Positions 19,697 through 33,530 of a DNA stretch of 64,000 nucleotides are shown piece by piece. Source of the DNA: an uncultured delta proteobacterium (GTDB lineage Bacteria > Desulfobacterota > RBG-13-43-22). Numbering within the stretch: the stretch's first letter is position 1; each line of letters opens with the position of its first letter. The translations under genes and the position numbers were made by a program. The notes beneath the pieces are model-generated. The model saw nothing but the letters and a program-made list of their open reading frames with translations. It was not told the origin of the DNA and searched no databases. The stretch covers positions 1 through 64,000 of the forward strand of contig CAVQFQ010000007.1 of the NCBI GenBank assembly GCA_963711835.1, read 5' to 3'.

Positions 19697-22145
19697 TTAG
19701 TGGGCCGTAACTTCCGGTGCGACCGAGGCTTCTTCCTGGAAAAACGACGGACCGGTTTCTTCGGTCGGTTCTTTGAATAAGGTTTCCGGGTCATCCAGGA
19801 CCAAGGCCTTTTTCAATACCTCGTCCATATGTTCGACCGTCAGGATTTCCAGACTTTTTAGAATCTTGGGAGGAATCTCCTTTAAATCTTTTTCATTTTC
19901 TTTCGGGATGATGATCTCGCGGATTTTCCCTCGGTGGGCGGCGATGATTTTCTCTTTGAGACCGCCGATCGGCAAGACCCGCCCCCGAAGGGTGATCTCA
20001 CCGGTCATGGCCGTCTTTCTTTTGACCGCCTTTTTCGTTAGGGCCGAGACGATGGAGGTGGCTATGGTGATCCCCGCTGATGGACCGTCTTTGGGTATGG
20101 CTCCTTCGGGGATATGGATGTGGATATCCATTTTTTGGTAAAAGTTTCGCGGCAATCCCAGGCGCTCGGCGCGGGAACGCACATAGCTGAGGGCGGCTTG
20201 GGCCGATTCCTGCATCACCTCGCCCAGTTTTCCGGTGATTATCAATTTGCCCTTCCCCGGCATGAGAACCACTTCGGTTAAAAGCAGTTCCCCGCCGAAT
20301 TCGGTCCAGGCCAACCCGGTGGCGATGCCCACTTCGTCCTTTTCTTCCGTTTCGCCATAGCGGAATTTTGGGACCCCCAGGAATTTCGGGATCGCAGCGG
20401 CATTGATTTCAACCTTGGCTTCCCGTCCCCGGCGGACCACTTCTTTGGCCACCTTGCGGCAGAGGGTGGCTATCTCCCTTTCCAGATTACGGACCCCGGC
20501 TTCCCGGGTATAGTGGCGAATGATGCTTAAAAGGGCATTGTCCGTAAAATGGATGTTTTCCGGAAGCAGACCGTTGGCCTCCACCTGTTTTTTAATCAGG
20601 AAGAGACGGGCAATTTGCAGTTTTTCCGGTTCGGTGTAGCCCGGGAGGCGGATAATCTCCATCCGATCTTGCAGGGGAAGCGGAATGGAGTAGAGGGTAT
20701 TGGCCGTGGTAATAAAAAAGACCTCGGACAGATCATAATCGACATCCAGGTAATGGTCGTTAAAAGAAAAATTTTGTTCCGGGTCCAAGACCTCCAGCAA
20801 GGCGGCCGACGGATCTCCCCGAAAATCGGTGCTCATCTTATCCACCTCATCCAGACAAAAGACCGGATTATTGGATTTGGCCTTCCGCACCGACTGAATG
20901 ATTTTCCCCGGTAAGGCCCCGATATAAGTCCGCCGGTGGCCTCTGATTTCGGCTTCATCCCGTACCCCGCCCAGGGAGACCCGGATGAAATTCCTTCCCG
21001 TGGCCCGGGCAATCGATTTGGCAATGGAGGTTTTACCCACGCCGGGAGGACCGACAAAGCAAAGGATGGGGCCTTTGAGCTTTTTGACCAGGCTTTGAAC
21101 CGCCAGATATTCCAGGATGCGCTCCTTCGGTTTTTCCAGCCCGTAATGGTCTTCGTCCAGGATTTTTTCCGCGGCGGCGATATCCAGTTTGTCTTTGGTC
21201 CGGTTATACCAGGGCAGGGCGATCAGCCAATCGATATAGTTGCGGACCACGGTGGCCTCGGCCGACATGGGGGACATCAACTTGAGTTTTTTGAACTCGG
21301 CCCGGACCTTGAGCGTGGCCTCCCGGGACATCCTTTTCTGCTTGATCTTTTTTTTCGAGCTCCTGCAATTCGTTTTTAAAATCATCCTGCTCGCCCATCT
21401 CCTTTTGGATGGCTCGGATTTGCTCGTTGAGATAATAGTCCCGCTGGGTCTTCTCCATCTGCTTTTTGACCCGGCCTTTGATGCGGCTTTCTATCTCCAG
21501 GATCTCGATCTCTCCCCGCATCATTTCGTAGAGTTTTTCCAGCCTTCGGCCGGTATGGACCAATTCCAGGAGTTCCTGCTTTTGTTCGATCTTGGCTCCC
21601 AAATGCGGGGCCAGGGAGTCGATCAGGCGGTTCGGTTCCTCCATCCCGTTGATGGTGTGGACCAGTTCCTGGGGGATTTTCTTGTTGAGTTTTTGGTAAT
21701 TCTCAAAGGTATTTTTAACGGTGCGGACCAAGGCCTCTTTTTCGGCAGGCCCGGAAGGAATCTCCTCCAGTTTCTCCACTTCCACCAGAAAAAAAGTCCG
21801 GTTGGGGAGATAGCGCCGGATGCGGGCCCGGTAGCGCCCTTCGATCAGGACCTTGACCGTGCCGTCCGGCAGACGCAGCATCTGGAGGATGCTGCCGGCG
21901 GTTCCCAGTTGGTACAAGTCACGCTCCGCGGGTTCGTCCACGTTGGCCAGTCGCTGGGTTAAGAGCAGGATGTCTTTTTCCAGAGACATGCTGTATTCCA
22001 GTGCCTGGATGGATTTTTCCCGGCCCACAAACAAAGGGGCCACCATGCCGGGGAAAACCACGATATCTCTCAGGGGGAGGATGGGGATCATTTGCTTTAG
22101 ACCCCCGAATTCCTGTTTTTCATCGATCGGTGAAAGTAAGGCCAT
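19697..22145 (-). CDS. lon: ATP-dependent protease La (one apparent frameshift in an A8 run at 21348-21355)
   Basis: Lon N-domain ([10 protein letters not shown]) in 21204-22145. AAA+ (GPPGVGKTS) and protease (PKDGPSAG) domains in 19697-21385. Confidence 0.95.
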
Positions 22146-22263
22146 AAGACTCTTTCTTGGGGTGAACCATCATGTTATGGGTTTTGGGTTTAAGAAATAA
22201 ACACCGGCCTTTTACGAAGGAGGCCGGTTCGGCCCTCCGGATCTTGGATTGGGAAGCCCATGC

Positions 22264-23520
22264 TTAGGCCGATTCCGCCTGATTCTCAAATAAGAGAATC
22301 GGGGAATCGTTGTGAAGAATGACTTCCTCGTTGACCACACATTCGTGTACATTTTTCAAGGAGGGTATTTCAAACATGATATCCAACATGGAATTTTCGA
22401 GAATGGAGCGGAGTCCCCGGGCCCCTGATTTTCGTTTCAGGGCCTCGCGGGCTACAGCCTTCACGGCGCCGTCGGTGAATTTCAAACTCACTCCTTGCAT
22501 TTCAAACAGTTTCTGATATTGGCGCATAATGGCATTCTTGGGTTCGGTCAGGATGCGGATCAGGGCCTGTTCACTCAACTCGTCCAGGGTGGCCAGGACG
22601 GGCAGGCGGCCGATAAATTCCGGGATCAGGCCAAAGCGCAACAGGTCCTGGGGTTGCACCTGCTCCAAGGTCTCGCCCAATCGTTTCTTTTCGGACTTCC
22701 GCCGAATGTCGGCGCCGAAGCCCATGGCTTTGGTCCCGGTCCGGTTCTGAATGATTTTCTCCAGGCCGTTGAAGGCGCCGCCGCAGATAAACAGGATATT
22801 GCTGGTGTCCACCTTGACAAATTCCTGCTGGGGATGTTTGCGGCCCCCTTTGGGAGGGACGCTGGCCATCGTGCCTTCTATGATCTTCAGCAGGGCCTGC
22901 TGTACGCCTTCGCCGGAAACATCCCGGGTGATCGAGGGGTTCTCCGACTTCCGGGCGATTTTGTCGATCTCGTCGATATAGACAATCCCCCGACAGGCCC
23001 GCTCGACGTCATAGTCCGCCACCTGAAGGAGATTTAAAATGATATTTTCGACATCCTCCCCCACATAACCGGCCTCGGTCAAGGCCGTCGCATCGGCAAT
23101 GGTAAAGGGGACTTTCAGGATCTTGGCCATGGTTTGAGCCAGCAGGGTTTTCCCGGATCCGGTGGGGCCGATGAGGAGGATATTGCTTTTTTGGAGTTCA
23201 ACCCCTTCCAGGTCGATCTTATTATCGATGCGTTGATAATGATTATGGACCGCTACCGACAGAATCTTTTTGGCTTTTTCCTGTTCGATGACATACTCAT
23301 CCAGGATGGTCTTAATATCGGCGGGTCTGGGGATCTTATCTCCCAGTTGGGCCTCTTCCTTTTCATATTCTTCGGCTATGATTTCGTTGCAGAGGCCGAT
23401 ACATTCATCGCAGATATAGACCGACGGCCCGGCGATCAGTTTCTTGACCTCGTCCTGGCTTTTGCCGCAGAAGGAACAAAGGAGATCGTTTCCTTTTTTG
23501 CCGTTTCCTTTTTTATTCAT
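22264..23520 (-). CDS. clpX: ATP-dependent Clp protease ATP-binding subunit ClpX
   Basis: CSFCGK zinc finger, GPTGSGKT and [14 protein letters not shown] motifs. Confidence 0.97.
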   Translation of the reverse strand: MNKKGNGKKGNDLLCSFCGKSQDEVKKLIAGPSVYICDECIGLCNEIIAEEYEKEEAQLGDKIPRPADIKTILDEYVIEQEKAKKILSVAVHNHYQRIDNKIDLEGVELQKSNILLIGPTGSGKTLLAQTMAKILKVPFTIADATALTEAGYVGEDVENIILNLLQVADYDVERACRGIVYIDEIDKIARKSENPSITRDVSGEGVQQALLKIIEGTMASVPPKGGRKHPQQEFVKVDTSNILFICGGAFNGLEKIIQNRTGTKAMGFGADIRRKSEKKRLGETLEQVQPQDLLRFGLIPEFIGRLPVLATLDELSEQALIRILTEPKNAIMRQYQKLFEMQGVSLKFTDGAVKAVAREALKRKSGARGLRSILENSMLDIMFEIPSLKNVHECVVNEEVILHNDSPILLFENQAESA

Positions 23521-23599
23521 GCATCCGAGTCCTTCAGTTAATTTGACCCTGCCGGCCGCAGCCGGAGGGCCGGCCCTCCGGAGAGGACCCAAGGTTTTG

Positions 23600-24205
23600 C
23601 TATATGCCGATGAGCGTTCCCATTTCCCGTTTTAAAATGACCCGGTCAACAATCCCATATTCACAGGCCTGTACTCCGGTCATGAAGAAGTCGCGGTCCG
23701 TATCCTTCTCTATCTTTTCATAGGGCTGGCCGGTATGTTCTATCAAAATGCGGTTTAATTCCTCCCGCATGCGCAGGATTTCCCGGGCCTGGATATCGAC
23801 ATCGGTGGCCTGTCCCTGAAAGCCGCCCAGGGGCTGGTGAATCAGAATCCGGGAATGCGGCAAGGCATAGCGCATCCCTTTGGCTCCGGCCGCCAGCAGC
23901 AAGGCGGCCATGCTGCTGGCCTGCCCCAGACACAGGGTCGATATATTCGGCTTAACGTATTGCATGGTATCATAAATGGCCAGTCCCGAGGTAACGATTC
24001 CCCCCGGAGAATTGATATACATATGGATGTCCTTGTCCGGGTCCTCGGCTTCGAGAAAAAGGAGTTGGGCGATTACCAGGTTGGCAATATGGTCTTCAAT
24101 CGGGGCGCCCAAAAAAATGATCCGGTCTTTCAGCAGGCGGGAATAAATATCATAGGCCCGCTCGCCCCGGCTGTCCTGCTCAACAACAATAGGTATTAAA
24201 GTCAT
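23600..24205 (-). CDS. clpP: ATP-dependent Clp protease proteolytic subunit
   Basis: [22 protein letters not shown] and IHQP motifs. Confidence 0.97.
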   Translation of the reverse strand: MTLIPIVVEQDSRGERAYDIYSRLLKDRIIFLGAPIEDHIANLVIAQLLFLEAEDPDKDIHMYINSPGGIVTSGLAIYDTMQYVKPNISTLCLGQASSMAALLLAAGAKGMRYALPHSRILIHQPLGGFQGQATDVDIQAREILRMREELNRILIEHTGQPYEKIEKDTDRDFFMTGVQACEYGIVDRVILKREMGTLIGI

Positions 24206-24229
24206 AATCTTTTTTCAACCTCTCAAGGA

Positions 24230-25519
24230 TTAGGCCGGTAGGGTAGCATGGTCGCGGAGAAACTTCAAGGTTTTTTGCTCCAGAAGCTGTTCCTCCAAGG
24301 GGGTCAACAGATTATTCTTGCTGTATATTTCCCGAACCAGGGTTGCCGATTGATTCACGCCCCGGGCGATTTTCTGCAGCTCGGCTTCCAGTTCGTCCGG
24401 GGTGATGGTTAGGGATTCCACTTGGGCAATTTTTTCCAGCAGCAATCTATTTCTGACCTGTTTATGGGCCGGATCTCGAAATTTTTCCAGGAGCCGCAAG
24501 GGATCCAGTCCGGCCTTTTCCCAGGTAAGTCCTTGGCGGGTCAAATCCTGCTCGATCCTGGCCATCATCTGTTGCAGCTCCTGATTGACCAGGGTTTCCG
24601 GGGTTTCGAATTGGACCTTGGCCTGGAGTTGCTCCAGGAGCTCCTCATTCGATTTCGATTCGGCTTTACGCTCTTCTTCCTGGGTGAGGTCGGCCCGGAT
24701 TTTTTCTTTCAGCTCTTCGAGGGTATTAAAGGTCTCCCCCAGGCTCCGGGCAAATTGATCATCGAGTTCCGGGAGATGCCTCTCTTTGATATGATTTAAG
24801 GTCACGGCGTAACGAACCGTTTTGCCGGCCAGGGAAGGGTTCCGATAGTCATCAGGATAACGGATCTCAAATTCTTTGCTTTCCCCTTTTTGCATCCCCG
24901 GCAGTTCTTTCTCGAACTCCGGATTAAAATAGCGGCTCCCCACTTCCAGATCGAAGTTGTCGGCCGCCCCATGGGGAAGGGGTTGGTCCCCTAAAAAAGA
25001 CCGGTAATTGATCACCGCAAAATCCCCTTCCCGGAGAGGGCGTTCTTCTTCAAGCGCCATCAATTCTCCGTGGCTCTTCCGGATGGCCTCCAGACGCTGG
25101 GCCACATCCTGGTCGGTGAGATTCCATTCGGGCTTCTGCATGACCAGACCCTGGTAATCCGAGTCCGAAAAAACGATCTCGGGTTTATGTTCGACCGTGG
25201 CTTGAAAACGTAAGGGCTGATCTTTATCCAAAGCAGGCTGGTCCAGCTCGGGGACCGCCACCGGGCGCAGTCCCGTTTCTTGGAGAGCTTCCGGATAGGC
25301 CTTATTAATGAGATGGGAAAGCACTTCCTCTTCGATCTGAGGTCCGTAATATTTGGTTAAAACAGGCAACGGCACTTTGCCGGGTCGAAAGCCTTTCAGC
25401 TTCACTTTTTTAGTCAGGTTCTTAACAACCGATTCCCATTCCGACTTAACCTTTTCGGCCTCCACCTCAATGATCAGTTTTTTCCTGATGGGTGAGAGTT
25501 CTTCAATCTGTACCTTCAT
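24230..25519 (-). CDS. tig: Trigger factor
   Basis: GFRPGKVP signature, FKBP-like middle domain and tig-clpP-clpX-lon order. Confidence 0.95.
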   Translation of the reverse strand: MKVQIEELSPIRKKLIIEVEAEKVKSEWESVVKNLTKKVKLKGFRPGKVPLPVLTKYYGPQIEEEVLSHLINKAYPEALQETGLRPVAVPELDQPALDKDQPLRFQATVEHKPEIVFSDSDYQGLVMQKPEWNLTDQDVAQRLEAIRKSHGELMALEEERPLREGDFAVINYRSFLGDQPLPHGAADNFDLEVGSRYFNPEFEKELPGMQKGESKEFEIRYPDDYRNPSLAGKTVRYAVTLNHIKERHLPELDDQFARSLGETFNTLEELKEKIRADLTQEEERKAESKSNEELLEQLQAKVQFETPETLVNQELQQMMARIEQDLTRQGLTWEKAGLDPLRLLEKFRDPAHKQVRNRLLLEKIAQVESLTITPDELEAELQKIARGVNQSATLVREIYSKNNLLTPLEEQLLEQKTLKFLRDHATLPA

Positions 25520-25543
25520 CTGTTATCCTTACCTGAATTAAAC

Positions 25544-25630
25544 TGGTGCGAGAGGGGGGATTTGAACCCCCACCCTGTTTCCAGGGCTGGATCCTAAGTC
25601 CAGTGCGTCTACCAATTCCGCCACTCTCGC
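25544..25630 (-). tRNA. tRNA-Leu (anticodon TAG)
   Basis: GCGAGAGTGGCGGAATTGGTAGACGCACTGGACTTAGGATCCAG...GGTTCAAATCCCCCCTCTCGCACCA, with a long variable arm and CCA end. Confidence 0.96.
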
Positions 25631-25743
25631 CCTTTCCCTCTTTTTAGGAATAGGGCTTTTAATAGCTTTAAATAATACTTACTTTTTCCGATAAAGTCAA
25701 GGACCTCAACCTTTTTCAGGCCGGGGACCGCTTCCGAGGGATC

Positions 25744-27743
<2,000 letters not shown>

Positions 27744-27922
27744 TTAATAGCCGGTCCCATTTAATGCAAGCTCCTCAATTTCATGTCAAGACTATTTATG
27801 AGACCCTTAATATCTGGAGCGAAGAGGGCCGCTATCTGGGTTCTTTATGCCAGCCGGCCTAAAAAGTCAACCTATTAAAGGCCGGCGTTCTGATCCCCGA
27901 CTGCAGGCTTTTTAAGAGGAAC

Positions 27923-28783
27923 CTAATACCTCATAGCCCGTAGGCGGGCTATCCTTTCTTCGATGGGCGGGTGGGTGCTGAAGAGATTTAGGATGCTCCT
28001 TCCGGACAGAGGATTGACGATGAACATGTGCGCTGTGGCCGGACTGGGATTCTGCATCGGCAGACGCTGGGAGGCCAGTTGTAATTTTTCTAAGGCGCTG
28101 GCCAGCCCTAAAGGGTTTCCAGAAAATTGAGCGCCGGAACTGTCGGCCAGGTATTCCCGGGATCGGGAGATGGCCATCTGAATCAGCATGGCGGCAATAG
28201 GGGCCACGATGGTCATGACCAGAATTCCCAGAAGGCCTCCGGAGCCTTGGCCTTCCTCCGAATCACTCCGTCCGCCTCCGAAGAGGGTGGCCCAGCGGGC
28301 CATATTGGCCAGGATCATGATGGCCCCGGCCATGGTGGCGGCGATAGAGCCGATCAGGATATCCCGGTTTTTGACATGGCTCAGTTCGTGGGCCAGGACC
28401 CCTCTTAATTCCTGCCTGGAAAGGATGCGCATGATTCCGGTGGTTACCGCCACGACGGCATGCTGGGGATTTCTGCCGGTAGCAAAGGCATTGGGGGAAT
28501 CATCGTCGATCATAAAGATCCGGGGTTTGGGAATGCCGGCGTGTTGGGCCAGTTCGGTTACCATCTGGTGGATCTCCGGATTTTCCTGGGGCCCCATTTC
28601 CTGGGCCCGGTACATGGCCAGGACGATCTTATCGGAAAACCAGTAGCTCCCCAAGTTCATGATCCCGGCCAGGACAAAGGCCAGGACCATTCCCTGCTGC
28701 CCTCCGATAGCCCGCCCGATCAGGATGATCAGGACGGTCATCAATCCCAGCAAAAAGGTTGTTTTCAGCGTATTGGACATCAT
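27923..28783 (-). CDS. htpX: Zinc metalloprotease HtpX
   Basis: [22 protein letters not shown] and THPP motifs. Confidence 0.95.
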   Translation of the reverse strand: MMSNTLKTTFLLGLMTVLIILIGRAIGGQQGMVLAFVLAGIMNLGSYWFSDKIVLAMYRAQEMGPQENPEIHQMVTELAQHAGIPKPRIFMIDDDSPNAFATGRNPQHAVVAVTTGIMRILSRQELRGVLAHELSHVKNRDILIGSIAATMAGAIMILANMARWATLFGGGRSDSEEGQGSGGLLGILVMTIVAPIAAMLIQMAISRSREYLADSSGAQFSGNPLGLASALEKLQLASQRLPMQNPSPATAHMFIVNPLSGRSILNLFSTHPPIEERIARLRAMRY

Positions 28784-28868
28784 AAAAATTGGACTCCTTG
28801 ATTAATGGCCCTGCCGTGAGAACTTGGGTCGGGGACGATTATTAACCGTCCCCTATTTGTATCTACCC

Positions 28869-29059
28869 GGTGGGGCTGCCTTTTCTTCCGTCTGAGGCTT
28901 TCGGGCTGGTCTTTTCTTCGGGCTTACCCACGGGGGATCCTTTACCCCCTCCGCATTCTCGCCCACGCAGGGGCGTGGGCGAGCTGCGGTTTCCCCCATG
29001 GATAAGTCCGGAAAAGACGGCACCCTTTCGCCAATGACTTCAGAAAAGACAGCCTCACC
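28869..29059 (-). ncRNA. Candidate ~190-nt rod-shaped structured RNA (6S-like size, family unassigned)
   Basis: Nested complementary segments span the whole region, and a sigma-70 promoter lies immediately upstream on the minus strand. Confidence 0.5.
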
Positions 29060-29072
29060 TCCATGAAGGATC

Positions 29073-29100
29073 ATGGTATCAATCCTGCTGCCCTTGTCAA
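29073..29100 (-). promoter_or_regulatory. Sigma-70-type promoter upstream of the rod RNA and htpX
   Basis: TTGACA-N16-TACCAT with an extended -10 TG. Confidence 0.6.
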
Positions 29101-29132
29101 GAAAAACCGCTGGTTATTCCTTTTCGGAGTTT

Positions 29133-29450
29133 GTCCCAACGTTACGTGATTTTTAGGCTATCCATTCGTCGAGGGCTTCCGAAGTCTTGATTTCAAGGTT
29201 GTCCGAAAGGGTATCCATAGCCCCAACCCGGCCCGAATTTCTAAGTTGGTTGGGAGCCGGGCATTCATCCCGCCGAAGGCGGGACTTTGGTGTTGGCCTG
29301 TTTCTAAACCCACCGATAAACTTCCTGCCCGGGGCAGGCTCCAGGCGTTTTGGCGGACTATCCTTGAAATCAAGACCTCGGAAGCCCTCTGGGGTGATGT
29401 AATAGTTAAGAGGCTACCCCTTAGATTTGAGCATCACGTAACTTTGGGAC
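29133..29450. mobile_element. MITE-like nested inverted-repeat element, copy A
   Basis: Outer 18-bp IR (29133-29150 / 29433-29450, 1 mismatch) and inner 28-bp IR (29171-29198 / 29362-29389, 1 mismatch). The core is homologous to 43561-43778. Confidence 0.65.
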
Positions 29451-32043
29451 TATCCCCTTTTTTGAAAAGGAGTTCTCCGTTGGCAGCGGCATCGATGATG
29501 ATCTGCTGGCCTTCTTCGAAGGCCCCTTCCAGTAATTTCAGGGCCAGGGCATCTTGGATGCGGTGCTGAATAACCCGTTTCAGGGGGCGGGCGCCGTAGA
29601 CCGGATCAAAGCCCTCCTGTGAAATCAGATCCCGGGCGGCCTCGGTCATCCGGATGCTCAGGTTTTTTTCGGCCAGCCGTTTCCGGAGAAGACCGATCTG
29701 GATATCGACGATGGCCTTGATATGATCGCGGCCCAGGCTGTGAAAGATGACGATATCGTCGATCCGGTTCAGGAATTCGGGTTTGAACTGGGCCCGCAAG
29801 GCTTCCATGACCCGCCGGATCATCTCCTGCCGGTCTCCCTCGGTTAAGTCCTGGATAAAGTGGCTGCCGATGTTGGAGGTCATGATGACCAGGGTATTTT
29901 TAAAGTCCACGGTCCGGCCCTGGCCGTCCGTCATCCGTCCGTCATCCAGGATTTGCAGCAGGGCGTTGAACACCTCGGGATGGGCCTTTTCGATCTCGTC
30001 AAAAAGGACCACCGAATAGGGCCGGCGGCGAACGGCCTCGGTCAGGTAACCTCCTTCTTCATAACCGACATAGCCCGGGGGGGCACCGATCAGGCGGGAA
30101 ACCGAATGCTTTTCCATATACTCGGACATGTCCACCCGGACCATAGCCTGTTCATCGTCGAAGAGAAATTCTGCCAAGGCCTTGGCCAACTCGGTTTTGC
30201 CCACCCCGGTGGGGCCCATGAAAATGAACGATCCCACCGGGCGGTTGGGGTCCTGTAAGCCGGATCGGGCCCGCCGGACGGCATTGGACACGGCCAGGAT
30301 GGCCTCTTCCTGGCCGATGACCCTTTCCTTGATCCGCTCTTCCATCCGGATCAGCTTTTGCTTTTCGCCCTCCATCATTTTAGCCACCGGTATGCCGGTC
30401 CACTTGGCTACGACCTCGGCCACGTCCTCATCATCCACTTCTTCCTTGAGCATCTTTTGCTGGGCTTGAAAGGCCTCCAGGTTTTGATTTTCCTCTTCCA
30501 GTTTTTTGGTTACGGATAAGAGGGTCCCATACCGTATTTCAGCCGCCCGGGAGAGGTCTCCCAACCGCTCGGCATTCTGGGCCTCGGTCTTTAATTGTTC
30601 GATCTCCTCTTTAATCTTCCGTAAGGTTTGGATCGATTCCTTCTCTTTTCTCCAGTGGACCTTCATCGTGTCGCTTTGCCCTTTTAATTCCGAGAGATCC
30701 TTTTCTATCTTGCCCAGCCGATCCCGGGAGGCCGGGTCGACCTCTTTTTTCAGGGCCTCTTTTTCAATTTCCATCTGGAGGATTTTTCGTTCCAGTTCAT
30801 CGATCTCCTGGGGCATACTGTCGATCTCGATCCTGAGCTTGGAAGCGGCCTCATCAATCAGGTCAATGGCCTTGTCGGGCAAAAAACGGTCCGTAATATA
30901 GCGATGGGATAAGGTGGCGGCGGCCACAATGGCCGAGTCCTTGATCCGGACCCCATGGTGGACTTCATATTTTTCTTTCAGTCCCCGGAGGATGGCAATG
31001 GTATCCTCTACCGAAGGTTCCCTGACCAGGACCGGTTGAAATCGCCTTTCCAAGGCGGCGTCTTTTTCGACATATTTTCGATATTCGTTGATCGTGGTCG
31101 CCCCGACGCAGCGCAGTTCCCCCCGGGCCAGGGGCGGTTTCAACATGTTTCCGGCATCGACCGACCCTTCGGCCTTTCCGGCTCCTACCAAGGTGTGCAA
31201 TTCATCAATAAAAAGGATGATCTGTCCCTGGGCCTCGGTTATTTCCTTGAGAACCGCTTTCAAACGATCCTCGAATTCCCCCCGGTATTTGGCCCCGGCG
31301 ATCAGGGCCCCCATATCCAGGGCCACGACCCTTTTATTTTTCAACCCTTCAGGGACATCTCCCTGAATAATGCGCTGAGCCAGGCCTTCGACAATGGCCG
31401 TTTTCCCCACCCCGGGTTCACCGATCAGGACCGGATTATTTTTAGTCCGTCGGGAAAGAACCTGAATGATCCGGCGGACCTCATCGTCCCGGCCGATAAC
31501 CGGGTCCAATTTGCCTTGTTGGGCCAGTTCAGTCAGATCCCGGGCGAACTTTTCCAGGGGGCGGTATTTCTCCTCGGGGTTGGGATCGGTCACCCGTTGG
31601 GTGCCCCGAATATCCACTAGGGCCCTCAGGATATTTTCTCTGGTGGCCCCCAAGGCCTGGAAGGCCTGGGCCAGGGCATCCCCTTTCTGATCCATCAGGG
31701 CGATGAGGATGTGTTCCAGGCTGACATACTCATCCCGCATCTGAGAGGCGACGGCAAAAGATGCGTCCAGCACGGTCTGGAGACGGGGTGAGAGATAGCT
31801 CTGGCCCCGGCCGGTGCCTGAAATCCGAGGGATTTTTTCCAGTTGTCCCTTAAGGGTATTGGTAACCTGGTTAAGATTCAGCCCCATTTTTTGGAACAAG
31901 GGGTTTAATATAGTATCGGGCTGGTTCAAGAGGGCGCTAAAAAGATGCTCCGGTTCAATCTGCTGGTGTCCCATTCCTTCGGCCAGGGATTGGGCGGACT
32001 GCAAGGCCTCCTGAACCTTTATGGTAAACTTATCCAAACGCAT
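29434..32043 (-). CDS. clpB: Chaperone ClpB
   Basis: Two AAA+ modules ([16 protein letters not shown]), coiled-coil middle domain and GARPLKR. Confidence 0.97.
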   Translation of the reverse strand: MRLDKFTIKVQEALQSAQSLAEGMGHQQIEPEHLFSALLNQPDTILNPLFQKMGLNLNQVTNTLKGQLEKIPRISGTGRGQSYLSPRLQTVLDASFAVASQMRDEYVSLEHILIALMDQKGDALAQAFQALGATRENILRALVDIRGTQRVTDPNPEEKYRPLEKFARDLTELAQQGKLDPVIGRDDEVRRIIQVLSRRTKNNPVLIGEPGVGKTAIVEGLAQRIIQGDVPEGLKNKRVVALDMGALIAGAKYRGEFEDRLKAVLKEITEAQGQIILFIDELHTLVGAGKAEGSVDAGNMLKPPLARGELRCVGATTINEYRKYVEKDAALERRFQPVLVREPSVEDTIAILRGLKEKYEVHHGVRIKDSAIVAAATLSHRYITDRFLPDKAIDLIDEAASKLRIEIDSMPQEIDELERKILQMEIEKEALKKEVDPASRDRLGKIEKDLSELKGQSDTMKVHWRKEKESIQTLRKIKEEIEQLKTEAQNAERLGDLSRAAEIRYGTLLSVTKKLEEENQNLEAFQAQQKMLKEEVDDEDVAEVVAKWTGIPVAKMMEGEKQKLIRMEERIKERVIGQEEAILAVSNAVRRARSGLQDPNRPVGSFIFMGPTGVGKTELAKALAEFLFDDEQAMVRVDMSEYMEKHSVSRLIGAPPGYVGYEEGGYLTEAVRRRPYSVVLFDEIEKAHPEVFNALLQILDDGRMTDGQGRTVDFKNTLVIMTSNIGSHFIQDLTEGDRQEMIRRVMEALRAQFKPEFLNRIDDIVIFHSLGRDHIKAIVDIQIGLLRKRLAEKNLSIRMTEAARDLISQEGFDPVYGARPLKRVIQHRIQDALALKLLEGAFEEGQQIIIDAAANGELLFKKGDSPKVT

Positions 32044-32192
32044 AATGGTCGTCCTTTCCTTATTTTGCTTCTAATATTAACCATTTCCATTTTTATTGTC
32101 AAGATGGCCTTGGGCTGGAGGGCAGTTAAACCTTGACAGAAAAAATAGATTGGTTTTAAGTAAATTGGATCTTCCCAGGATGGGGGTTTAAA

Positions 32193-33092
32193 ATGAACAA
32201 CTATATACGGGCCATGCGGCTTCCCTTTTTAACGGGATCCCTGGTACCGGCTCTATTATCCGCCGCCCAGGCCTTTGACCGGGGATTTATCAGAGGTCTT
32301 GACTTGGGATTGATCCTGGTGGGGGTGGGCTTGCTTCAAATCGCCGCCAATCTGATCAATGATTACTTTGATGCCCAGGGGAGTGATCCCCTCAACCGGC
32401 GTTTAACGCCTTTCAGCGGGGGAAGCCGGGTCATTCAAGAGGAAAGGCTCAGTCCCCGCCAGGTGTTCCGGACAGCGGTCATTTCTTTTTTAATCGCCTG
32501 TTTGGCCGGCCTGGTTTTGGTTCTTCGGGGCCATACCCAGGTGGCTTGGTTGGGTTTACTGGGCCTGGGGGCCGCCCTCTTATATTCTCTTGACCCGATC
32601 AAATTTATGTCCCGGGGGCTGGGCGAAGTCACCATTTTTCTGGCTTTCGGCCCCCTGATTACCTGGGGGAGCACTTATGTTTTAACCGACCAATTCACCT
32701 GGCAGGCTTTTCTGTTGGGGTTCCCTTTGGGTTTTCTGATTACGGCCGTTATTTGGATCAACCAGTATCCGGATTTTCCGGCCGATCGAGATTCCGGGAA
32801 AAGGAACCTGGTGGTCCGTTTGGGGTTGTCCCCGTCCCGCTTCATCTATCTCGGGCTGATGAGTCTTCCCTTTCTCTTCCTTTTTTACCTTATCGGCGGG
32901 CAAGGAATATCCCCTTATGCCCTTTTGGCCTGGCTGGCCTCCCCGTTGGCCGTCAAGGCCATGGGAATCCTCTGGAAGCATTATACGGCCTTTGAAAAGA
33001 TCATCCCGGCTCAGGCCCTGACCATCCAAACCCACCTCCTGCTCGGCCTGCTCATGATCATAGGCATCCTGCTCGGGCATTTTATCGGGTAA
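32193..33092 (+). CDS. menA: UbiA-family prenyltransferase (MenA-like)
   Basis: ANLINDYFD, SGGSR and INQYPDFPADRDSGK motifs with multiple TM helices. Confidence 0.75.
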   Translation: MNNYIRAMRLPFLTGSLVPALLSAAQAFDRGFIRGLDLGLILVGVGLLQIAANLINDYFDAQGSDPLNRRLTPFSGGSRVIQEERLSPRQVFRTAVISFLIACLAGLVLVLRGHTQVAWLGLLGLGAALLYSLDPIKFMSRGLGEVTIFLAFGPLITWGSTYVLTDQFTWQAFLLGFPLGFLITAVIWINQYPDFPADRDSGKRNLVVRLGLSPSRFIYLGLMSLPFLFLFYLIGGQGISPYALLAWLASPLAVKAMGILWKHYTAFEKIIPAQALTIQTHLLLGLLMIIGILLGHFIG

Positions 33093-33098
33093 CGGGAA

Positions 33099-33530
33099 AT
33101 GAGAATCTTAGGCTTGGATTTCGGGTCAAAGGTAATCGGGGTGGCCATCAGCGATGATTTAACCATTACGGCCCAGCCCCTGACCTCCATCCGGCGGACT
33201 AGCCTGGAAAAAGACCTTTCTTCCATCCTTGAAATCGTTGCCGGCTACCAGGTGGCAGAAGTCGTGGTAGGTCTTCCCATCAACATGAACGGGACCAAAG
33301 GAGAGTCGGCTCGAAAGGCTGAAGCCTTCATTGAAAAACTCCAGGGCCGGTTGTCCTCCATGATCATCCCCTGGGACGAGCGCATGACAACCATGGCTGC
33401 CGAACGGGCCCTCCTGGAAGGGGATGTGAGCCGCCGAAAACGGCGGAAGGTGATCGACCGAGTGGCGGCCGCCCTGATCCTCCAGGGTTATTTGGACAGC
33501 CGTTCCCGTAAGAACGAAAATCCCCTTTGA
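33099..33530 (+). CDS. ruvX: YqgF/RuvX family pre-16S rRNA nuclease
   Basis: LGLDFGSKVIGVA, VVGLP, WDERMTT and IDRVAAALILQGYL motifs. Confidence 0.93.
   Translation: MRILGLDFGSKVIGVAISDDLTITAQPLTSIRRTSLEKDLSSILEIVAGYQVAEVVVGLPINMNGTKGESARKAEAFIEKLQGRLSSMIIPWDERMTTMAAERALLEGDVSRRKRRKVIDRVAAALILQGYLDSRSRKNENPL

Noticed and set aside
25544-25630. tRNA-Leu as an integration site for an island
   Set aside because: No duplicated tRNA 3' end or integrase is present. tRNA-Leu next to tig is an ordinary arrangement.
28869-29059. Rod structure as tmRNA, SRP RNA, RNase P RNA, a hammerhead ribozyme or a c-di-GMP riboswitch
   Set aside because: There is no tRNA-like T-arm/CCA end, no SRP helix-8 motif, no GAGGAAAGUCC, no complete CUGANGA/GAAA core and no GEMM consensus.
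28853-29074. 73-aa ORF upstream of htpX
   Set aside because: Its start lies inside the -10 box with no RBS, the composition is unconvincing, and it coincides with the rod-like RNA structure.
29171-29389. Shared peptide LWCWPVS..KLPAR in ORFs over repeat copies A and B as a small protein family
   Set aside because: Differences between the copies are largely non-synonymous, and starts and stops do not correspond. The similarity follows from the DNA repeat.
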